A stretch of DNA of 64,000 nt from Pseudomonadota bacterium (lineage in GTDB: Bacteria; Bdellovibrionota_B; Oligoflexia; Silvanigrellales; Silvanigrellaceae). The notes below the pieces were generated by a model, which saw nothing but the letters and a program-made list of their open reading frames with translations, was not told where the DNA came from and made no database searches. The DNA is taken from NCBI GenBank assembly GCA_039799905.1, contig JBDLRP010000021.1, forward strand, positions 1-64,000, written 5' to 3'. Positions 48,882 to 59,081 of the stretch are shown here, piece by piece. The position numbers were made by a program, and so were the translations under genes. Every line of letters starts with the position of its first letter. Position 1 is the stretch's first letter.

Positions 48882-50369
48882 TTATGCATCGACCTCGTCG
48901 TCATAAACGATCTCGGTATCTTCGTAATCGCCGGGATCAAAATCACCACCAACAGCCTCATCCCTTTCGAGATCAAACTTGCTCTTGGGCATTTCAAGCA
49001 AATCTGCCTCAGGTTTTGAGCCATGCGCCTTGCGCGAGCGCTCACGCAGAAAAATGCTGATTGGGATGTGCTGGAAACCGAACGCCTCGCGGAACTCATT
49101 TTCCAAAAAACGTTTGTAGCTGAAGTGAACATCTTTAGGGTCTGAGCAGAAGATGATGAATCTCGGCGGTGAGCTGGCAATCTGTGTCGCATAGAAAAAC
49201 TTGATTCTGCGCGAGCGGTTCTTTGTCAGAGGTGGCGTGTGCTTTTCAAGAATTCCACGCAGCGTCTTGTTGAGTTCGGACGTCGTCACGCGGCGGCGGC
49301 TCTCTTCGTACATCTCGATGCACGTCGGCAGTATTTTACTAACCCGCTGGTTCTCCTCAGCGCTGGTAAAAAGTGTTGGCGCATAGCGGATATAGCGCAA
49401 TGCTTCGTGAAGTTCTTCCTGATAGCGGTTGATAGTTGTTGAAGTCTTTTCTTCCACCAAATCCCATTTATTGACGACAACGAGAATTGGCTTGCGCATC
49501 TCAAATGCATATCCGGCAACGCGAGCATCGCCCTCGGTCGGGCCCTCATCCGCATTTATGACAAGCACCGCGACATCACACTCCTCAAGACATGCAACGG
49601 AGCGCAGTGCAGAATACTTCTCGAGGCGGTCGGTCATACGGCTCTTGCGACGGATACCGGCTGTGTCGAGGATTTTGAATTCCTTGCCGAACGCGCGCAC
49701 CGAAATATCGACAACATCGCGTGTCGTGCCGGGGCGTGAATCAACAATACTTCTCTGCTCACCCGCAATCCTGTTGAGAATCGACGATTTTCCAACGTTG
49801 GGGCGGCCGATGATGGCGAGCTTTATTTGCTCCTCGGCCTCGGTGGGGATTTGCGGTTTCGAGCGAATCACATCTGTTACGGTTTCAAGGAGTTCTCCGA
49901 CACCACGGCCGTGTTCGGCACTGACAGCGAAGATATGCTCTACACCAAGCTTACGAAAATCTTCGGCCAGGTGATCGTCTTTGGGTAAGTCGCATTTATT
50001 GGCGGCGACAACAAAAAATTTGTCCGCTCTGCGCAACCGACGGATGAGGTCGGAATCAACGGGATGCAAACCTTCACGCGCATCGGTGACAAAAACAACC
50101 ACGTCCGCTTCTTCAATTGCGAGCTCAGCCTGTTCGACGAGCTGCCGCTTGATATTGTCACGTGACGTCGGCTCGAAGCCACCGGTGTCGCAAAGATAAA
50201 AACTCGTTCCCGAGAATTCTGCGCGCGAAAAAATTCTATCCCGCGTCACGCCCGGCTCATCATGCACAAGACTTTTACGTTGTTTAACAATGCGGTTGAA
50301 CAGTGTGCTCTTGCCAACATTGGGACGTCCGACAATGGCAATCAACCGCGTATAGGTGCGCACAGGCAT
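48882..50369 (-). CDS. der: Ribosome biogenesis GTPase Der
   Basis: Two GRPNVGKS P-loops, DTGG/DTAG, NKCD/NKWD, KH-like C-terminal domain. Confidence 0.97.
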   Translation of the reverse strand: MPVRTYTRLIAIVGRPNVGKSTLFNRIVKQRKSLVHDEPGVTRDRIFSRAEFSGTSFYLCDTGGFEPTSRDNIKRQLVEQAELAIEEADVVVFVTDAREGLHPVDSDLIRRLRRADKFFVVAANKCDLPKDDHLAEDFRKLGVEHIFAVSAEHGRGVGELLETVTDVIRSKPQIPTEAEEQIKLAIIGRPNVGKSSILNRIAGEQRSIVDSRPGTTRDVVDISVRAFGKEFKILDTAGIRRKSRMTDRLEKYSALRSVACLEECDVAVLVINADEGPTEGDARVAGYAFEMRKPILVVVNKWDLVEEKTSTTINRYQEELHEALRYIRYAPTLFTSAEENQRVSKILPTCIEMYEESRRRVTTSELNKTLRGILEKHTPPLTKNRSRRIKFFYATQIASSPPRFIIFCSDPKDVHFSYKRFLENEFREAFGFQHIPISIFLRERSRKAHGSKPEADLLEMPKSKFDLERDEAVGGDFDPGDYEDTEIVYDDEVDA

Positions 50370-50390
50370 GACAAAAAAACCTCAGTAAAA

Positions 50391-51494
50391 TTATTTCTGG
50401 ACCGTAGGATCTGCTTGTTGCGTAACCGGCGGTGTACTCACTGGCGCAGCGGCAGCAACCGGGCCCGCAGCACTCTGCCAAAGTTCGGTCAAATCCTGCT
50501 CAACTTCGGCCGGATTCCCGTTCCACACCGTGGAATGCGCGCCCTTTTGGAAAACCTTCACACGAAAGAGTTTTCCTTCTGGCAGAGCATCTGCGACTTG
50601 TCGGGAAACTTCGGGAGCAACAATGTCATCGTTGACTGAATTGTAAACGTAAACAGGAACAGAAACTTTTGCCGCGGACTTGACCGGCTGACATGAGTCG
50701 AAATCGACTTTTCCACGCTTCTCAGCCAACCAAACGCCCAAGCTGATGAAAGATTGCGGCACGTTTGGTTTTTTGGGAGTGCTCAGAACCAATTGCTCGA
50801 CAGACGGAATCGGGTTTTCGAGCGCGAAAGCAAGAATGGTTTTCTCCGCTTCTGCAGCTTCCTTCGGCATTACGAGCGCAGCGGCGTTGAGTGCAGCCAT
50901 AGACCCCATGGATGTTCCGTGCATGAGGATCTTTCTTCCGGGAAACTGTTCCTTCAACGCATTGAGAACCGCAACCACATCATGCTGTTCTCTGCAGCCA
51001 TAACTAGCTCCAAGACCATTGTGGTCAGACAGCCCGTGATTACTCAAATCCATCACAACAAGCTGGAATCCAAGCCGTGAGGCCATCTTGAAATAACGGG
51101 TCCCATGCATATGGGTGCCCGAGACACCGTGGACGTGAAAAAACAACGGAAGCTGTGTGGGAAGCCGCAACTGCTCAGCCGTCAGGTTGTCGTAGATTTT
51201 ATAGTGGATGCGATCGCCAAGCGTCGATTTTGTGTAAAAACTCTGGCCGGACAATTTGAGCGCATCATCGCAGCTCATGTCCAAGGGTTTGTCGGACGGA
51301 AATCCATCGCGCAAATCCGCATATGCGTATTCTTTCATCCATTTGGTGCAGTCGATTGTCTCGACCGCCATCCACTTTTCACGCTCTTTAAAGGGAAACA
51401 ACAGCAAGTCACTCAGATAAAACAACGCACCCGTGAAGACGGCGCCAAAGAAGGCTACTGCTGCTGCAGCAATGAGTGTCAGTTTGTAGCGCAT
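50391..51494 (-). CDS. Alpha/beta hydrolase with N-terminal membrane anchor
   Basis: HG, GTSMG, D..V, GAH. Confidence 0.85.
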   Translation of the reverse strand: MRYKLTLIAAAAVAFFGAVFTGALFYLSDLLLFPFKEREKWMAVETIDCTKWMKEYAYADLRDGFPSDKPLDMSCDDALKLSGQSFYTKSTLGDRIHYKIYDNLTAEQLRLPTQLPLFFHVHGVSGTHMHGTRYFKMASRLGFQLVVMDLSNHGLSDHNGLGASYGCREQHDVVAVLNALKEQFPGRKILMHGTSMGSMAALNAAALVMPKEAAEAEKTILAFALENPIPSVEQLVLSTPKKPNVPQSFISLGVWLAEKRGKVDFDSCQPVKSAAKVSVPVYVYNSVNDDIVAPEVSRQVADALPEGKLFRVKVFQKGAHSTVWNGNPAEVEQDLTELWQSAAGPVAAAAPVSTPPVTQQADPTVQK

Positions 51495-53689
51495 TAATCC
51501 TTCCTCCCCGAATCTTTTCCAGCCTGCACGTCGCTTTGCGGTTGCATATTCCCCGGCATCGACGTCTCGGCTTCCTGCGCAAATTGCGCATTATGTGACG
51601 CCTGCCTGCCAGCTTCAGCAACAAGTTCAGCTCCGGCGAAACGCTCAGAACGCTCAAAAAACCGACCCTGACCGCGATTTTCCAAATACAAAACCGACGT
51701 TGCGCCGACCCCGAGGTCCTGCGGAGTCGTACGGAGTTCCCTCGGATAGGGCTGACTCGTCAAGAAATATTCGAGAATTTCTAAAAAACGTGGGTTGGGC
51801 TGTGGAACCCACCAATGTCGCAACGGAATTTTATAGACGTCGAACGACGTCAGCTGATGTTGGGCAAAATCGCTCTCGCTGCTGTCCAAAAAGACGACGT
51901 CAAACGCATCGGCCGCGGCTGCGTCTGCGGGTTTAACAAAGTCGTGCCTCGGCAAATCGTGGACGTACCAAGCAAAAGGCCAGGTCGCTTCGCCGTGCAT
52001 GGTCACCCTGGGCTTCTGTTGGTGTTCCCTCGAAAGAGCCACCCACCGCTCGCGTACCTGTTTGACCATCGGAGTGGTCTGAGTGAACACCAGCCGCTCG
52101 TTCGGGTTCGCAGCACTGCCGAATGAGACCCGAATGGCTTTGAAGGCGGAGAAAATCATTAAAACGCCCGTAAGGTAAGCGAAAACCCGTCCTCCGCCAC
52201 GATGCCATCTAGTTTCCCAATCGTAGACAGCGTTTCTGACTTCAGATGATTTCGCTACCGTGAGGGAGTCAATCCAAATCCGCCCGCTTTCCAGAATACG
52301 ACCAACCTCAAGACCCGCAAGAACAACGAGCGGAAGCAAAACATAGACAAGCAGCCACGGGACTTTTTCGCCTACATACGAATACACTCCGACCGCACCA
52401 GTTGCCCACCACCACAAGAACGCATCCAGCCTTCGCCTCAACAAAACCGAGGCCATGAATGCGAACGCACCCAGAGTAACCGTGGCTAAAATCTGCAGCA
52501 AATGACGCGAGTGGGCGATATGAAGCAGCTGTGAAAATTTTTCGACCGCATCACCGAGCGCTCCGGGCGCAGCGCGGCGCAGGCAAAATTCACCAATTGA
52601 GCAACCATCCTGCGTGAAGCCCACACGCGGGAGGAACAAAACAAACATGACAACCGAAGCCGAGACGGCAAAAACAAGCCTCGGTCCGGAAAAGACACTC
52701 AGCGGAAAACGCAGTGCGGCACCCGCAGCTGAAAGAGCGGCGAGGCGAACACTCCGATACCATCCCGCAATCAAGGCTGGAATCAATGCGAACTCATAGT
52801 TGAAAATCAACGGAGAGTGATAATCGAAAGGTCCGTCGATGCGCCGCTTTTGGTTTTGCTCCCACCAATAAAGAAGACTCTCGCGGTACAAGCCATCAAG
52901 AATTCCATGCAGGGCACCTTTTGAGTGTCTAAAGAAACTTGAATAAAACAGAACAAAGACGACAACAAAAACGAGTGCACAGTTGACCCACAGGGCAATT
53001 TTCTCAGACGTGGACATCACTGGCAGCGAGTGGTCGGTTTTTCCATCATAAAGAGCTGACGACTTGAGTTTCGTCAGCAATACAATCGCAGCCGCACCCA
53101 AAAGCCAGATGAAAAGGTGAAGGTAGGAATTTTCCTTGTTGCAGAACTGCAGAGCCAAAAAAACACTGCTGCAAACCGCCATCCATGCCTGTCCTGTCCA
53201 GCGGAATCCGAAAAACCCTGCAAGCGAGCAGGCAATCCAAAGCGAATTGAAGGCGTCTTCGCGGAGGAATCTGCCAAAGTACATGAACGTTGGACTGAAC
53301 AACAAAAACAAAGAAATGGCAGCGGCAGCTGCGGAGCCGATCTTTTTTCTCCAAAGCAGTGGCAAAAGGACAATGGCGATTCCGCAAAGAGCTGCCGGCA
53401 GTCGTGCTGTTGTCTCGCCAGCGCCAAACACTTTCATGAATGCGCCGACGAAATAGTACAGGACAGGGCCATGCAACAATGCGCTGTACTCATGCGGATG
53501 GCCCTGCGCCACCCTATTGGAATAATAAGCGTGCAGGCTTTCATCGTGATGATAGGGTTTATCATTTAAAAATAAGATTCTGCTCAGTCCTGCGAAAACG
53601 GCAATCAAACCGCAGAGGGTCAACCAGACTCTGCCACTTCGCAGCCAGTTCGTGGTAATGTCGTTCTCAGTTGAGTCATTCGACGACAC
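51494..53689 (-). CDS. TIGR03663/Agl23-like GT-C-fold membrane protein
   Basis: HHDESLH, HGP.LY, ARLP.AL.G, GRFLRED, KEN, EKVPWL; GTG 53689 with AAGGAG RBS. Confidence 0.8.
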   Translation of the reverse strand: MSSNDSTENDITTNWLRSGRVWLTLCGLIAVFAGLSRILFLNDKPYHHDESLHAYYSNRVAQGHPHEYSALLHGPVLYYFVGAFMKVFGAGETTARLPAALCGIAIVLLPLLWRKKIGSAAAAAISLFLLFSPTFMYFGRFLREDAFNSLWIACSLAGFFGFRWTGQAWMAVCSSVFLALQFCNKENSYLHLFIWLLGAAAIVLLTKLKSSALYDGKTDHSLPVMSTSEKIALWVNCALVFVVVFVLFYSSFFRHSKGALHGILDGLYRESLLYWWEQNQKRRIDGPFDYHSPLIFNYEFALIPALIAGWYRSVRLAALSAAGAALRFPLSVFSGPRLVFAVSASVVMFVLFLPRVGFTQDGCSIGEFCLRRAAPGALGDAVEKFSQLLHIAHSRHLLQILATVTLGAFAFMASVLLRRRLDAFLWWWATGAVGVYSYVGEKVPWLLVYVLLPLVVLAGLEVGRILESGRIWIDSLTVAKSSEVRNAVYDWETRWHRGGGRVFAYLTGVLMIFSAFKAIRVSFGSAANPNERLVFTQTTPMVKQVRERWVALSREHQQKPRVTMHGEATWPFAWYVHDLPRHDFVKPADAAAADAFDVVFLDSSESDFAQHQLTSFDVYKIPLRHWWVPQPNPRFLEILEYFLTSQPYPRELRTTPQDLGVGATSVLYLENRGQGRFFERSERFAGAELVAEAGRQASHNAQFAQEAETSMPGNMQPQSDVQAGKDSGRKD

Positions 53690-53728
53690 AGACGTTCTCC
53701 TTGTTACAATCTCCTCGGAGCAGATTCT

Positions 53729-55147
53729 TTGAACAAAACAATACCATATCAATTGGACTCCGAGGTGTCTGCAAACCCACATGTGTCTGCAGCCCGTCGG
53801 ATTTGTCAGGTTCTGCGTCAATCTGGCCACACTGCTTTTTGGGTGGGCGGTGCGGTGCGGGATCTGTTGCTTTCCCCCAAGACAACACCCAAAGACATCG
53901 ATATCGCAACCGATGCTGCTTTCGATGAAGTCCGTCGATTGTTCCCGCATACGCGAGCCATCGGAAAGGCCTTCGGCGTCGGTCTTGTCAGCGATGGAGT
54001 CTTCTCTTTCGAAGTTGCGACGTTCCGCAAAGAATCAGATTATGCGGACCGACGACATCCAAGTTTTGTTGGCGTCGGAAGCATGGCAGAAGACAGCGAT
54101 AGACGCGACTTTACCATCAACGCCCTGTATTTCGACCCTATCGATGAAACGATTGTCGACTTTCACGGCGGACTGGACGATTTGCAAAATCGTATCATCC
54201 GCTGTGTTGGTCGTCCGGAAATCCGCCTGCATGAGGATCCTCTTCGGATCCTACGTCTTTATCGTTTTGCCGGAAATCTTGGATTTCACATCGCCGAGGA
54301 AACCGACCTTTCGGCAAAGTCACTTTCAGCCGAGCTCAAATACGTCAGCAAAGAGCGTGTGATATTGGAGATCTCGAAACTCAGGGCAGAGAGCATTCCC
54401 CAGTTCACAGAAAGCTTACGCCCGTTTCTAAATTCCCTCATTGGCAAGGCAGAGCACGGAAGGCTTTCTCAAGGTGAGCCTGATAAGACATCTATTCAAA
54501 AAAATTCTGTCGCATTAAATAATCCGGGAATGTTGTTTGCGCTGATGTGTGCAGCCAACGAAGGGTTTGCATCCCGCAATTGGCCGCAGACTTTCAAGAG
54601 CTGGCCGTTTTCACTTGAAGAAAAGGCTCAGCTCGAATTTTTTCAGCGCATGGGAGATCACCGCTTTTCTCTTCCCGACACCGCGGATGAGCATGCATGG
54701 CGAAAATTTCTTGAAGCTGTGCGCTGGCTGCAGCGCCAGGCACGCCTGACAGCGGATGTGTTTTTGTGGCTTTGCTCGCAGTCGATCCCATCCACCCCAG
54801 ACGAAGAATTATTTTTGCAAAAACTTCACTTGCATTTGCAGTCTCGGGTGAATTCAGGGCAAATTGCCCCAACAACACCATTCAGCGAGGCGTTGGAGGC
54901 ATTAATCCGAAGTAAAGCAGCTCCACTCCGGGAAAAAGTGTGCCGCGGACTGAATGGCGATACGGCAGGGCCTGTTACTGGCTTAGCCCGACTGCTTGTA
55001 GACAGCAGTCTTCTGCTCAACGAAATTGGCCTTTCGAACGCTCTGAGCGTTTCATTTCTTTCATGTGAATCAGATGAAAAAATCGCATCGCTGCGCGCGA
55101 CAGCGATGCGATGGTCTGGCTTGGAACCCGAAAAGACAAAGAACTGA
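53729..55147 (+). CDS. CCA tRNA nucleotidyltransferase / poly(A) polymerase family
   Basis: VGGAVRD, DIDIAT, EVATFR, RRDFTINAL, EDPLRILR. Confidence 0.92.
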   Translation: MNKTIPYQLDSEVSANPHVSAARRICQVLRQSGHTAFWVGGAVRDLLLSPKTTPKDIDIATDAAFDEVRRLFPHTRAIGKAFGVGLVSDGVFSFEVATFRKESDYADRRHPSFVGVGSMAEDSDRRDFTINALYFDPIDETIVDFHGGLDDLQNRIIRCVGRPEIRLHEDPLRILRLYRFAGNLGFHIAEETDLSAKSLSAELKYVSKERVILEISKLRAESIPQFTESLRPFLNSLIGKAEHGRLSQGEPDKTSIQKNSVALNNPGMLFALMCAANEGFASRNWPQTFKSWPFSLEEKAQLEFFQRMGDHRFSLPDTADEHAWRKFLEAVRWLQRQARLTADVFLWLCSQSIPSTPDEELFLQKLHLHLQSRVNSGQIAPTTPFSEALEALIRSKAAPLREKVCRGLNGDTAGPVTGLARLLVDSSLLLNEIGLSNALSVSFLSCESDEKIASLRATAMRWSGLEPEKTKN

Positions 55148-55148
55148 C

Positions 55149-56768
55149 TCAGGGTGTCTGGCTGTTCTTAAGCGCAGCGAAAGCCTGTGGCGTTGTGCTG
55201 CGTGTATGACGGCGTGTTATTGAACCTTGCGAAACAAAGTTCAGGACGTACCATTTGCCGCCAGCCTTTGCGTTTGTACCGCTTGCACCATCACCGCCGA
55301 AAGGCTGTTGATTGACAACCGCACCCGTTGTCTTGCGATTGACGTAAAAATTTCCTGCAAGCTGGGAGAGAGTCGGCACAGCGCGCTCGAGGAACGTTTC
55401 GTTCCTGCTGATGACAGAGCCGGTCAGACGGTAAGGATGTTGCTCGATGATACGAACCGCATCTTCGAGAGTTTTGTACGTGCGAATCGCAGTCACTGGC
55501 CCGAAGATCTCGACGGCCAGAAGATCATGCTTGTCGCTATTCACCTCAATCAGCGTCGGCTCTATGTAGTAGCCCTGCGAGTCATCGGCCTTACCGCCGG
55601 CGATTATCGAACAATTTTTATCATTCTTGGCATTTTCAATTGCCAACTTAATTTTATCAAAAGCTCGCTGATTGATGACCGGACCCAAATCAGCCCTGCG
55701 CTCAACGGGATTTGTCATCAGCTGAGACTGAGTCTGTCTGACCAATTCTGACTTGAGCGCAGGCCATACCTTCTCGTCTACCAAAACAACACTGTTGGCT
55801 GAGCACTTTTGTCCGCTGCGTCCGAACGCTCCCTGCACGATTGCCTGAGCAGTATCGATCACATCGATGTCGGCATCTGCAACAAGGAAATCCTTCCCGC
55901 CCGTTTCAGCAATGAAGCGGGGGAAATTTGCGCGTGGAAAATCTGTGTTGAAAAGATAGTTCCCGAAAATGCGCGCGGTGTGGAAACTGCCTGTGAAATT
56001 CAGGCAGTTCAGCTCCGGATGACGCAAGACGGCCGGAAGACAATTGGGACCTTCGCCGGTCATGAAGTTGATAACACCCTTCGGAAATCCCGCTTCCTCG
56101 AGCGCCAGCATCAACAAATAACTAGTTAGAACCGCATCGCTGCTCGGCTTCCAAACCACCGTGTTGCCAGTCAGTGCCATCACCAAAGGCAAATTGTAGC
56201 CAATCGCAATCGGAAAGTTAAATGGCGTCACCGCCAGCGTAAAACCTTTCAATGGCCTCAACTGAAGCTGGTTTGTTTCCATTGGACCGTCGCCCAGGCG
56301 CTCTGCCAGCAATTCGGAATAGAACCAGTTGTTGAATCGGACGAAGTCCATCAGTTCAGCCCAGCTCGCCGAACATTCGTTCGCCGTATAACCGCATTCA
56401 ACGGCAGCTGTGGCGCATGTCTGGTATTTCCACTTTGACAGCACTGCTTCAAGATCGCGAAACTTCTGCAGACGTGTCGCCGGAGAAAGTGCAGCCCAAG
56501 CGGGTTTTGCGGCCAAAGCAGCGTCGATTGCCAATTGCGCGTGAGCAGAGTCGGCTTCCTGAAAAGTACATACGAGCTGCTTTGTCGCAGGATTCAGGCT
56601 CTTGCCCTTCTGCTTTGAGAAAATTTTCTGACCGCCGATGATCATCGGAATTTCAAGACCGAGAGGAATTTCCTTCGTTGCAGCCTCGAACTTTGCCCAT
56701 GCGCTTTCGGTATCGCGGATATTCTCAATAGGTTCGTTGGCCGGCTTGACCATGGAAAGGACGTTCAT
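55149..56768 (-). CDS. pruA: Delta-1-pyrroline-5-carboxylate dehydrogenase (aldehyde dehydrogenase family)
   Basis: PANEP, PFNF, WKPS, FTGS, ETGGKD, GQKCSA, EIFGP, TGAVV.QQPFGG..SGTN.KAG. Confidence 0.88.
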   Translation of the reverse strand: MNVLSMVKPANEPIENIRDTESAWAKFEAATKEIPLGLEIPMIIGGQKIFSKQKGKSLNPATKQLVCTFQEADSAHAQLAIDAALAAKPAWAALSPATRLQKFRDLEAVLSKWKYQTCATAAVECGYTANECSASWAELMDFVRFNNWFYSELLAERLGDGPMETNQLQLRPLKGFTLAVTPFNFPIAIGYNLPLVMALTGNTVVWKPSSDAVLTSYLLMLALEEAGFPKGVINFMTGEGPNCLPAVLRHPELNCLNFTGSFHTARIFGNYLFNTDFPRANFPRFIAETGGKDFLVADADIDVIDTAQAIVQGAFGRSGQKCSANSVVLVDEKVWPALKSELVRQTQSQLMTNPVERRADLGPVINQRAFDKIKLAIENAKNDKNCSIIAGGKADDSQGYYIEPTLIEVNSDKHDLLAVEIFGPVTAIRTYKTLEDAVRIIEQHPYRLTGSVISRNETFLERAVPTLSQLAGNFYVNRKTTGAVVNQQPFGGDGASGTNAKAGGKWYVLNFVSQGSITRRHTRSTTPQAFAALKNSQTP

Positions 56769-56794
56769 TTTTTACCCCAAAGTAGACTGTGGTC

Positions 56795-58096
56795 TTAATT
56801 GACTGCACGTCCTTCTTTAGAGGCTTGCGAGCGGGGCTGCAACCATTCGGACAACGTCCTCACCTGATTTTCGGCAGGCAGGAAAAACTCGAGGCTTGGC
56901 GAGAAGTGTCGTTCTTTCAGATATTGACGCGCATACGGAACAAACTCGGACAGGCTCATGGGCCGCGATTTGTAACCGGTGCTGCGGTTGTGGGTCATAA
57001 GAGGCGTAAAAACCAGCCGGTAATGATGGGTTGCACCCGTCTCATCGGGCTGCTCGCGTGTGCAAAATTCAGCATGGGTGCCAAGTGCGAATTTTGCGTC
57101 CCGCGACAATGATGAAAACAAAAAGTTACCAACTCCATAGACGATTGTACCGTCGGAATAATCCGCGTCTATTTTTTGTGCGACATGGGCATGATGACCG
57201 ACCACAAAATCGGCACCTGCCTTGAGCACCATTTTTGCGTACTCTTCCTGGTGCGGCTTAATCGATGGTTTAAGTTCATCACCCCAGTGAAAAACTACAA
57301 CGATAAAGTCGGCCTGATGCCGAACCTGTGCGATGATCTCTTTGACTGCCGAAGCAGCCGGAAACGCAACTCCGGCGCGCTTGCTGCCGGCCCACGCCTC
57401 GGCGGGATAAGTCGTTGTCAGTGAAAATACCGCAATCTTTGTTCCATTCTTTTCCATCCACATCGGCTGAAGCGCGGCATTCAGATTGGAGCCGATGCCT
57501 GCGTAATGACCGCCTGCCTTCTTGATTGCCGCCGATGTGTCCTGAGCACCCGCCCAGCCAAAATCCATCGAGTGATTGTTCGCACGCGTAAAATACTTTA
57601 CTCCCGCCGCCGTCAGCCATTGCGCGCTGTCGGACGCCTGCTTCAGCGCAAAGGGAAACTTGGGATATTCGCGTTTGTTTAATGACGTGATGTTGCCCTC
57701 AAAATTGACCACATTGAAATCGGCCCAATTGAGCAGCGGCTGGATATTTTCAAAGATTCCTTGTTTGAGGCCCGCTGCAGCACCGTGCGGAGGAACCCAA
57801 AAATCTCCAAAAAAACTGACCTTGACCGGGTCTTCGCAGGACAAATCCCAGCTCACTTTTTTTTGCATTGAAACCGACGTCGATGCCTTTGGAAGAGTGA
57901 GCGCCTTGGCGCGAAGTTCGGTACGGGCGGGTTCAGGTTGACTTTTGCCCAGACTGACACCGGGCAGCAAATGGTAGCGAACGTTCACGTCGGCCAACAG
58001 AATCTCAGTCTGGGCCGCCGCCGATTGCTGCAAAATCTGGGGCAATGCTGCGCAAAGAGACAAAGCGCCGAGGCGCTGAAAAACAGCGGCACGCAT
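56795..58096 (-). CDS. CapA-family metallophosphoesterase
   Basis: GD, NFEG, ANNHSMD.G, HWG.E, GHHAHV, YGVGNF. Confidence 0.9.
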   Translation of the reverse strand: MRAAVFQRLGALSLCAALPQILQQSAAAQTEILLADVNVRYHLLPGVSLGKSQPEPARTELRAKALTLPKASTSVSMQKKVSWDLSCEDPVKVSFFGDFWVPPHGAAAGLKQGIFENIQPLLNWADFNVVNFEGNITSLNKREYPKFPFALKQASDSAQWLTAAGVKYFTRANNHSMDFGWAGAQDTSAAIKKAGGHYAGIGSNLNAALQPMWMEKNGTKIAVFSLTTTYPAEAWAGSKRAGVAFPAASAVKEIIAQVRHQADFIVVVFHWGDELKPSIKPHQEEYAKMVLKAGADFVVGHHAHVAQKIDADYSDGTIVYGVGNFLFSSLSRDAKFALGTHAEFCTREQPDETGATHHYRLVFTPLMTHNRSTGYKSRPMSLSEFVPYARQYLKERHFSPSLEFFLPAENQVRTLSEWLQPRSQASKEGRAVN

Positions 58097-58268
58097 ATCT
58101 CCTCCCTTTGGACTGTCCCATCAATGTCTTCAAACATCCTGAAATAAGGTTAACACATCAAAAAGAAGCCCCAGTCGCAAAAGTCTGCGCCGGTGTGACG
58201 ACAAATTGGCAGGAAATTAAGTACGGGAATCTAGGCCAGTCCGGCTGATGCCACAAATGCGGTTGACG

Positions 58269-58910
58269 TCAGCCCTCGCCTGACGGAGCAGAGTCCGCTT
58301 CATTCAGGCTATCTAGGCTTATGATATGTCTCATTTTTTGAATTTTTGTCCGCAAATACCGGCTGTTTTCCTGCTGAACGGAAGGCAGAACTGGAATTCG
58401 CTCGACGACCCGCACACCAGCCTGCTCAAGAGCTTCCATCTTATCGGGATTATTGGTCATCAGGCGAATCTGCCGCACTCCGCAAACATCGAGAAGCTCG
58501 GCCGCAACTGAAAAATTACGCTCGTCCGGCGCGTAACCAAGTGCAATGTTCGCTTCGACAGTATCCAAACCTTGGTCCTGCAGACAGTAGGCTTTGAGTT
58601 TCGCAGAAAGACCGATGCCTCTGCCTTCCTGACGCAGGTACAGCACTGCCCCGCACCCCTCACGCGCAATGGCCTGCAATGCGTCGGCCAGCTGCTGACC
58701 ACAATCGCAGCGCAGCGAGCCAAATACGTCACCCGTCAGACATTCGGAGTGGAGCCTTACAAGCGGAGCAAAACCCGAACGATTCCAGGCGCCCATCCAA
58801 AGCACGAGGTGCTCTTTCCCAGAGCCGGACTCTTTGTACAAAGAGAGCTCGAAAGGGCCCCATAGAGTGGGCAGTCGGGTTGTTGAAATGTGCTCGATCG
58901 TTGCCATCAA
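58269..58910 (-). CDS. ribA: GTP cyclohydrolase II
   Basis: RLHSECLTGD.FGSLRCDCG, QEGRGIGL, LMTNNP.K. Confidence 0.96.
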   Translation of the reverse strand: MMATIEHISTTRLPTLWGPFELSLYKESGSGKEHLVLWMGAWNRSGFAPLVRLHSECLTGDVFGSLRCDCGQQLADALQAIAREGCGAVLYLRQEGRGIGLSAKLKAYCLQDQGLDTVEANIALGYAPDERNFSVAAELLDVCGVRQIRLMTNNPDKMEALEQAGVRVVERIPVLPSVQQENSRYLRTKIQKMRHIISLDSLNEADSAPSGEG

Positions 58911-59081
58911 AAACCAGCTTTCATGCAGAAACAGGCTGTTGCACCGCGAGCTTTCGATAATTCACAATTAAATTGGGAACAAGTGAATTCATAAAGAAAA
59001 AACTCTGGCGTCTGACGACGCTCTCTGATAGCCGGTCAAAAGATCTGAAAATAAAAATCTTTGACCGCTCGCTGAAAGAGG

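Noticed and set aside
58175..58193. sigma54-like motif upstream of the CapA gene
   Set aside because: GG-to-GC spacing is 11 nt rather than the required 10.
58911..59081. Possible FMN riboswitch upstream of ribA
   Set aside because: No RFN conserved blocks seen; only short inverted repeats (AATTCAC/GTGAATT, CGGTCAAA/TTTGACCG) of unclear meaning.
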